Assembly: GCA_036382875.1 (NCBI GenBank)
Contig: DASVPJ010000042.1
Span: forward strand, 51,859-115,858
Direction: 5' to 3'
Source of the DNA: Mycobacteriales bacterium
GTDB lineage: Bacteria > Actinomycetota > Actinomycetes > BP-191
Length of the DNA stretch: 64,000 nucleotides
Below, piece by piece: positions 59,585 to 64,000 of this stretch. The notes below the pieces were generated by a model that was not told the DNA's origin, did not search any database, and worked only from the letters and a program-made list of their open reading frames with translations. A program made the position numbers and the translations under genes. Positions within the stretch are counted from its first letter, which is position 1. Each line of letters starts with the position of its first letter.

Positions 59585-60090
59585 CCGTCTGGCTCACCGG
59601 CCTCCCCTGCGCCGGCAAGACCACGATCGCGCGCGCCGTCGCCGAGCGGCTCGACGGCCCCGTCGAGATCCTCGACGGCGACGAGGTGCGCGCGTACCTG
59701 TCGAACGACCTCGGCTTCTCGAAGGCCGACCGCGACACCCAGGTGCTGCGCGTCGGCTGGGTCGCCGCGACGCTCGCCAAGCACGGCGTCACCGTTCTCG
59801 TCTCGCTCGTGTCGCCGTACGCCGCCGCCCGCGACAAGGTGCGCGCGCTGCACGGTGAGCTCGGCGCCGAGTTCCGCGAGGTGCACGTCGCGACGCCGGT
59901 CGAGGTGACCCGCGAGCGCGACGTGAAGGGCATGTACGCCAAGGCGCTGGCCGGCGAGATCACCGGCTTCACCGGCGTCGACGACCCGTACGAGCCGCCG
60001 GCCGCCCCCGACCTCGTGATCCGCACCGAGACCGAGTCGGTCGCCGACTCCGCCGCCCGAGTGCTCGCCCTCCTGGAGGCCCGCGCATGA
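59572..60090 (+). CDS. cysC: Adenylyl-sulfate kinase
   Basis: P-loop GLPCAGKTT. APS kinase length and motifs. Confidence 0.85.
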   Translation: MRGLTVWLTGLPCAGKTTIARAVAERLDGPVEILDGDEVRAYLSNDLGFSKADRDTQVLRVGWVAATLAKHGVTVLVSLVSPYAAARDKVRALHGELGAEFREVHVATPVEVTRERDVKGMYAKALAGEITGFTGVDDPYEPPAAPDLVIRTETESVADSAARVLALLEARA

Positions 60091-61016
60091 CGCTCCTCGA
60101 CCCCGGCACCCGGCACACGCCGTACGCCCTCTCGCACCTCGACGTCCTCGAGTCCGAGGCCATCCACGTCATGCGCGAGGTCGCCGCGGAGCTGGAGCGC
60201 CCGGCGCTGCTGTTCTCCGGCGGCAAGGACTCGATCGTCATGCTGCGGATCGCCGAGAAGGCGTTCTGGCCGGCGCCGATCCCGTTCCCGCTCATGCACG
60301 TGGACACCGGCCACAACTTCGACGAGGTCATCGACTACCGCGACCGCCGGGTCGCCGAGCTCGGCGCGCGGCTCGTGGTCGCGAGCGTGCAGGAGTCGAT
60401 CGACACCGGCCGCGTCCGCGAGCGGCCCGGCCAGTCGCGCAACCCGCTGCAGACCGTGACGCTGCTCGACGCGATCGCCGCGAACAGGTTCTGCGCCGTC
60501 TTCGGCGGCGCCCGCCGCGACGAGGAGAAGGCGCGGGCCAAGGAGCGGGTGTTCTCGTTCCGCGACGAGTTCGGCCAGTGGGACCCGAAGAACCAGCGCC
60601 CCGAGCTGTGGAGCCTCTACAACGGCCGGCACAACCCCGGCGAGCACATCCGCGTCTTCCCGCTGTCCAACTGGACCGAGCTCGACATCTGGCAGTACAT
60701 CGAGCGCGAGGGGCTCGAGGTCCCGTCGATCTACTTCGCGCACGAGCGCGCGGTGTTCGAGCGCGACGGGATGCTGCTCGCCGTCTCGCCGTACGTGACG
60801 CTCCGGCCGGGCGAGACGCCGTCGGTGCGCACGGTGCGCTACCGGACCGTCGGTGACGCCTCCTGTACGGGAGCGGTCGAGTCGACCGCCGCCACCGTCC
60901 AGGACGTCATCGCCGAGATCGCGGCGACCCGCATCACCGAACGCGGCGCCACCCGCGCCGACGACAAGGTGAGCGAGGCCGCGATGGAGGACCGGAAGCG
61001 AGAGGGCTACTTCTAA
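60087..61016 (+). CDS. cysD: Sulfate adenylyltransferase subunit 2
   Basis: PAPS-reductase-like fold (LFSGGKDS). 309 aa. ATGA overlap with cysC. Confidence 0.9.
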   Translation: MTLLDPGTRHTPYALSHLDVLESEAIHVMREVAAELERPALLFSGGKDSIVMLRIAEKAFWPAPIPFPLMHVDTGHNFDEVIDYRDRRVAELGARLVVASVQESIDTGRVRERPGQSRNPLQTVTLLDAIAANRFCAVFGGARRDEEKARAKERVFSFRDEFGQWDPKNQRPELWSLYNGRHNPGEHIRVFPLSNWTELDIWQYIEREGLEVPSIYFAHERAVFERDGMLLAVSPYVTLRPGETPSVRTVRYRTVGDASCTGAVESTAATVQDVIAEIAATRITERGATRADDKVSEAAMEDRKREGYF

Positions 61017-61087
61017 GTGACCACCACCACCGCGCGCCCCCCGGCCCCCGCAGCCGCCGCCCCCCGCCCAGCCCCCCGGCCCGTGCG

Positions 61088-61138
61088 GCGTTTCCTGCAG
61101 GGAACGTTCGCCGGCGCGACTTCGCTGCAGGAAACGCT
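61088..61138. repeat. REP-like palindromic element, family A copy 2 (between cysD and cysN)
   Basis: gcgtttcctgcagggaa-16 nt-ttcgctgcaggaaacgc, with one mismatch relative to a perfect 17-bp inverted repeat. Confidence 0.6.
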
Positions 61139-61156
61139 CACCGCCGGGGGCGCCGC

Positions 61157-62374
61157 GTGACCACGGAACTCCTCCGGCTGGCGACCGCGGGGTCGGTCGA
61201 CGACGGCAAGAGCACGCTCATCGGGCGGCTGCTCTGGGACTCGAAGAGCGTCTTCGAGGACCAGGCCGCGGCCGTCGAGGACGCGTCCGCGCGGCGCGGC
61301 GAGGCGACCAACCTCGCGCTGCTCACCGACGGCCTCCGCGCCGAGCGCGAGCAGGGCATCACGATCGACGTCGCGTACCGGTACTTCGCCACGCCGAAGC
61401 GGAAGTTCATCGTGGCCGACACCCCCGGCCACATGCAGTACACCCGCAACATGGTCACCGGAGCCTCGACTGCCGACCTCGCGGTGATCCTGGTGGACGC
61501 GCGGAAGGGCCTCGTCGAGCAGTCGTTCCGGCACGCGTTCCTGTCCACCCTGCTGCGTGTCCCGCACCTCGTCCTCGCGGTCAACAAGATGGACCTGGTC
61601 GGCTGGGACGAGGGCGTGTTCCGGGCCATCGCGGAGGCGTTCCCGTTCCCCGCGACGGCCATCCCGATCTCCGCGCTGCACGGCGACAACGTCGTCACGC
61701 GGTCGGCGAACGCGCCCTGGTACGCCGGCCCCTCGCTGCTGGAGCACCTGGAGTCGGTGGACGTCGCGACGAGCCACCACCTGGGCGACGCGCGGTTCCC
61801 CGTCCAGTACGTCGTCCGCGACCACCGCAGCGACTACCGCGGCTACGCCGGCCAGGTCGCGAGCGGCGTGCTGCACGCCGGCGACGAGGTCGAGATCCTG
61901 CCGAGCGGCGTGCGGACGACGATCGCGTCGATCGACACGTACGACGGCCCGGTGGACGAGGCGTTCGCGCCGATGTCGGTGACGATCCGCCTCGCCGACG
62001 ACGTCGACGTGTCGCGCGGCGACATGATCGTCGGCCTCGGCGGCCGCCCGAACGTCACGCAGGACGTCGAGGCGACGGTCTGCTGGATGACCGACGAGCC
62101 GCTGCGGGCGGGCAGCCGCTACCTGGTCAAGCACACGACCCGCACCGCGAAGGCGGTCGTGAAGACCGCCGACGAGCGGCTGGACGTGACGACGTTGACG
62201 CCGGTGCCGGCGGACGGCCTCGGCCTCAACGACATCGGCCGCGTCACGCTGCGGACCGCGCAGCCGCTGTTCGCCGACGACTACGCGGAGAACCGCGCGA
62301 CCGGGTCGTTCATCCTCGTGGACGAGCTGACCGGCGCGACCGCCGGCGCCGGGCTGATCGGGGCGCGCGCGTGA
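61157..62374 (+). CDS. cysN: Sulfate adenylyltransferase subunit 1 (GTPase)
   Basis: GTP-binding motifs GSVDDGKST, DTPGH and NKMD. 405 aa. Not fused to cysC. Confidence 0.9.
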   Translation: MTTELLRLATAGSVDDGKSTLIGRLLWDSKSVFEDQAAAVEDASARRGEATNLALLTDGLRAEREQGITIDVAYRYFATPKRKFIVADTPGHMQYTRNMVTGASTADLAVILVDARKGLVEQSFRHAFLSTLLRVPHLVLAVNKMDLVGWDEGVFRAIAEAFPFPATAIPISALHGDNVVTRSANAPWYAGPSLLEHLESVDVATSHHLGDARFPVQYVVRDHRSDYRGYAGQVASGVLHAGDEVEILPSGVRTTIASIDTYDGPVDEAFAPMSVTIRLADDVDVSRGDMIVGLGGRPNVTQDVEATVCWMTDEPLRAGSRYLVKHTTRTAKAVVKTADERLDVTTLTPVPADGLGLNDIGRVTLRTAQPLFADDYAENRATGSFILVDELTGATAGAGLIGARA

Positions 62375-63411
62375 AGCGCCTTCTCGCCGCCGCGCTGTCG
62401 GTCGTCGCGCTCGCGACGGCGGCCGGCTGCGCGACCAAGCCGTCCGCGTCCGCGCTGGGCGGCGACGCCGTCCGGCTCGGCTACTTCGCCAACGTCACCC
62501 ACGCGACCGCCCTGGTCGGCGTCCAGCGCGGGACGTTCGCGGCGCGGATCGGCCGGGTCGAGACGCAGGTGTTCAACGCTGGCCCCGCCGCCGTCGAGGC
62601 CATCTTCGCGGGCGCGATCGACGCGGCGTACGTAGGCCCGAACCCCGCGATCAACGCGTACGTGAAGAGCAAGGGCGACGCGATCCGCATCGTCGCGGGC
62701 GCGACCAGCGGCGGCGCGCAGCTCGTCGTCAAGCCGGGCATCACGAGCGCCGCGGACCTGCGCGGCAAGACGCTTGCGACGCCGCAGCTCGGCAACACGC
62801 AGGACGTCGCGCTGCGTGCCTGGCTGAAGGCCAACGGCCTCAAGACCGACCCGCAGAAGGGCGGCGACGTCACGATCGCGCCGCAGGAGAACGCCACCTC
62901 GCTCGACCTGTTCAAGAAGGGCGAGATCGCGGGCGCCTGGCTGCCGGAGCCGTGGGCGAGCCGGCTCGTCCTCGACGGCGGCGGCCAGGTGCTCGTGGAC
63001 GAGGCGACGCTGTGGCCGCGGGGCACGTTCGTCACGACGCACCTGATCGTGGCGACGCCGTTCCTCGAGGACCACCCCGACGTCGTGCGGAAGCTGCTCG
63101 AGGCGCACGTCGAGACCACCGACTGGATCGTCAAGAACCCGGCCGAGGCGAAGACCGTCGTCAACGCCGCGCTGGAGCGGCTGACCACCAAGAAGCTCGC
63201 CGCGGCCGTCCTCGACCGCGCGTTCTCGCACCTCACCGTCACCTACGACCCGGTCGCGACGTCCCTCGTCGCGTCCGCCACGCACGCCGCCGAGGCGGGG
63301 CTGCTCGCGAAGCCGGACCTCGCCGGCATCTACGACCTGCGCCCGCTCAACGCCGTGCTCGCCGCGCAAGGCCGACCCGCCGTCTCCGACGCCGGGCTAG
63401 GGAGGAAGTAG
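62371..63411 (+). CDS. ABC transporter substrate-binding lipoprotein (SsuA/NrtA/TauA-like)
   Basis: Lipobox LATAAGC. Fold pattern of a sulfonate/nitrate/taurine-type SBP. GTGA overlap with cysN. Confidence 0.7.
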   Translation: MKRLLAAALSVVALATAAGCATKPSASALGGDAVRLGYFANVTHATALVGVQRGTFAARIGRVETQVFNAGPAAVEAIFAGAIDAAYVGPNPAINAYVKSKGDAIRIVAGATSGGAQLVVKPGITSAADLRGKTLATPQLGNTQDVALRAWLKANGLKTDPQKGGDVTIAPQENATSLDLFKKGEIAGAWLPEPWASRLVLDGGGQVLVDEATLWPRGTFVTTHLIVATPFLEDHPDVVRKLLEAHVETTDWIVKNPAEAKTVVNAALERLTTKKLAAAVLDRAFSHLTVTYDPVATSLVASATHAAEAGLLAKPDLAGIYDLRPLNAVLAAQGRPAVSDAGLGRK

Positions 63412-63413
63412 CC

Positions 63414-64000
63414 ATGGCCGTCCAGGACATCGCCTACGGCGCGCTCGCCACGACGCCCCACGTCCGCGCGTCGCACGCCGTGTCGCTGCGCGACGTCAGC
63501 AAGTCGTTCGACAACGGGCCGGCCGTGCTCGACCGCATCGACCTGGAGGTGCGCCCCGGCGAGTTCGTCTGCCTCGTCGGCGCGAGCGGCTGCGGCAAGT
63601 CGACGCTGCTCTCCCTGGTGGCCGGCCTGGACGAGCCGACCGCCGGGCGGGTGCACCACCACGGCAACGGCGCCGCGCTGATGTTCCAGGAGCCCGCGCT
63701 GTTCCCGTGGCTCACCGCCGGCCAGAACGTCGAGCTCGCGCTGCGCCTGCGCGGCGTCCCGCGCGGGGCGCGCAAGGCCGAGGTCGAGCGGCTGCTCGCG
63801 GTCGTGCGCCTGGAGGGCCAGGCGAAGAAGCGCGTGCACGAGCTCTCCGGCGGCATGCGCCAGCGCGTCGCGCTGGCCCGCGCGCTCGCGCAGGACTGCT
63901 CCGTGCTGCTGATGGACGAGCCGTTCGCGGCCCTCGACGCGATCACCCGCGACGCGCTGCACGAGGAGCTGACCCGCGTCTGGACCGAGGTCGGGTTGAC
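63414..64000 (+). CDS. ABC transporter ATP-binding protein (SsuB/NrtD-like), 3'-truncated by the window end
   Basis: Walker A GASGCGKST, signature LSGGMRQR and Walker B LLMDEP. RBS GGAGGAAG. Confidence 0.8.
   Translation, partial: MAVQDIAYGALATTPHVRASHAVSLRDVSKSFDNGPAVLDRIDLEVRPGEFVCLVGASGCGKSTLLSLVAGLDEPTAGRVHHHGNGAALMFQEPALFPWLTAGQNVELALRLRGVPRGARKAEVERLLAVVRLEGQAKKRVHELSGGMRQRVALARALAQDCSVLLMDEPFAALDAITRDALHEELTRVWTEVGL

Overview
High-GC (about 72-74%) Actinomycetota chromosomal segment, densely coding on both strands. No rRNA, tRNA, CRISPR array, transposase or integrase was recognised. Much of the gene content is arranged like the conserved actinobacterial core region around Mycobacterium tuberculosis Rv2175c-Rv2185c: an Rv2175c-like DNA-binding protein, a PASTA Ser/Thr kinase, a class-II DAHP synthase, PlsC, an ArsA-like ATPase and an SRPBCC protein. 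Several accessory cassettes are inserted into this backbone. They include a carotenoid cluster (crtE-crtI-[S8 protease]-crtB ... GT2, CDP-alcohol phosphatidyltransferase, crtYc/crtYd), split thiamine loci (thiE-thiS and thiG-thiH), four tandem translationally coupled GNAT genes, and a sulfate-assimilation operon (cysH-sir-cysC-cysD-cysN-ssuAB-like). There is also a two-component system with an extra CheY-like receiver, a large adenylate-cyclase/AAA/TPR STAND protein, and central-metabolism genes (pfkA, glpK, two DAHP synthases, ltaE, arcC, a ROK glucokinase). No canonical defence island was found. The most notable sequence-level observations are a perfect actinobacterial LexA SOS box (TCGAAC-GTGT-GTTCGA) upstream of a SAV_6107-family HEPN gene, two families of REP-like palindromic repeats with two copies each, and a lower-GC leader upstream of cysH with a small ORF ending CLPCPC and alternative hairpins. 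Many long ORFs in the six-frame track (for example 645..3083, 2093..4138, 18175..21603, 51992..55051) are GC-frame artefacts overlapping the real genes and were not called. Some coordinates may be a few nucleotides off because they were counted by hand.
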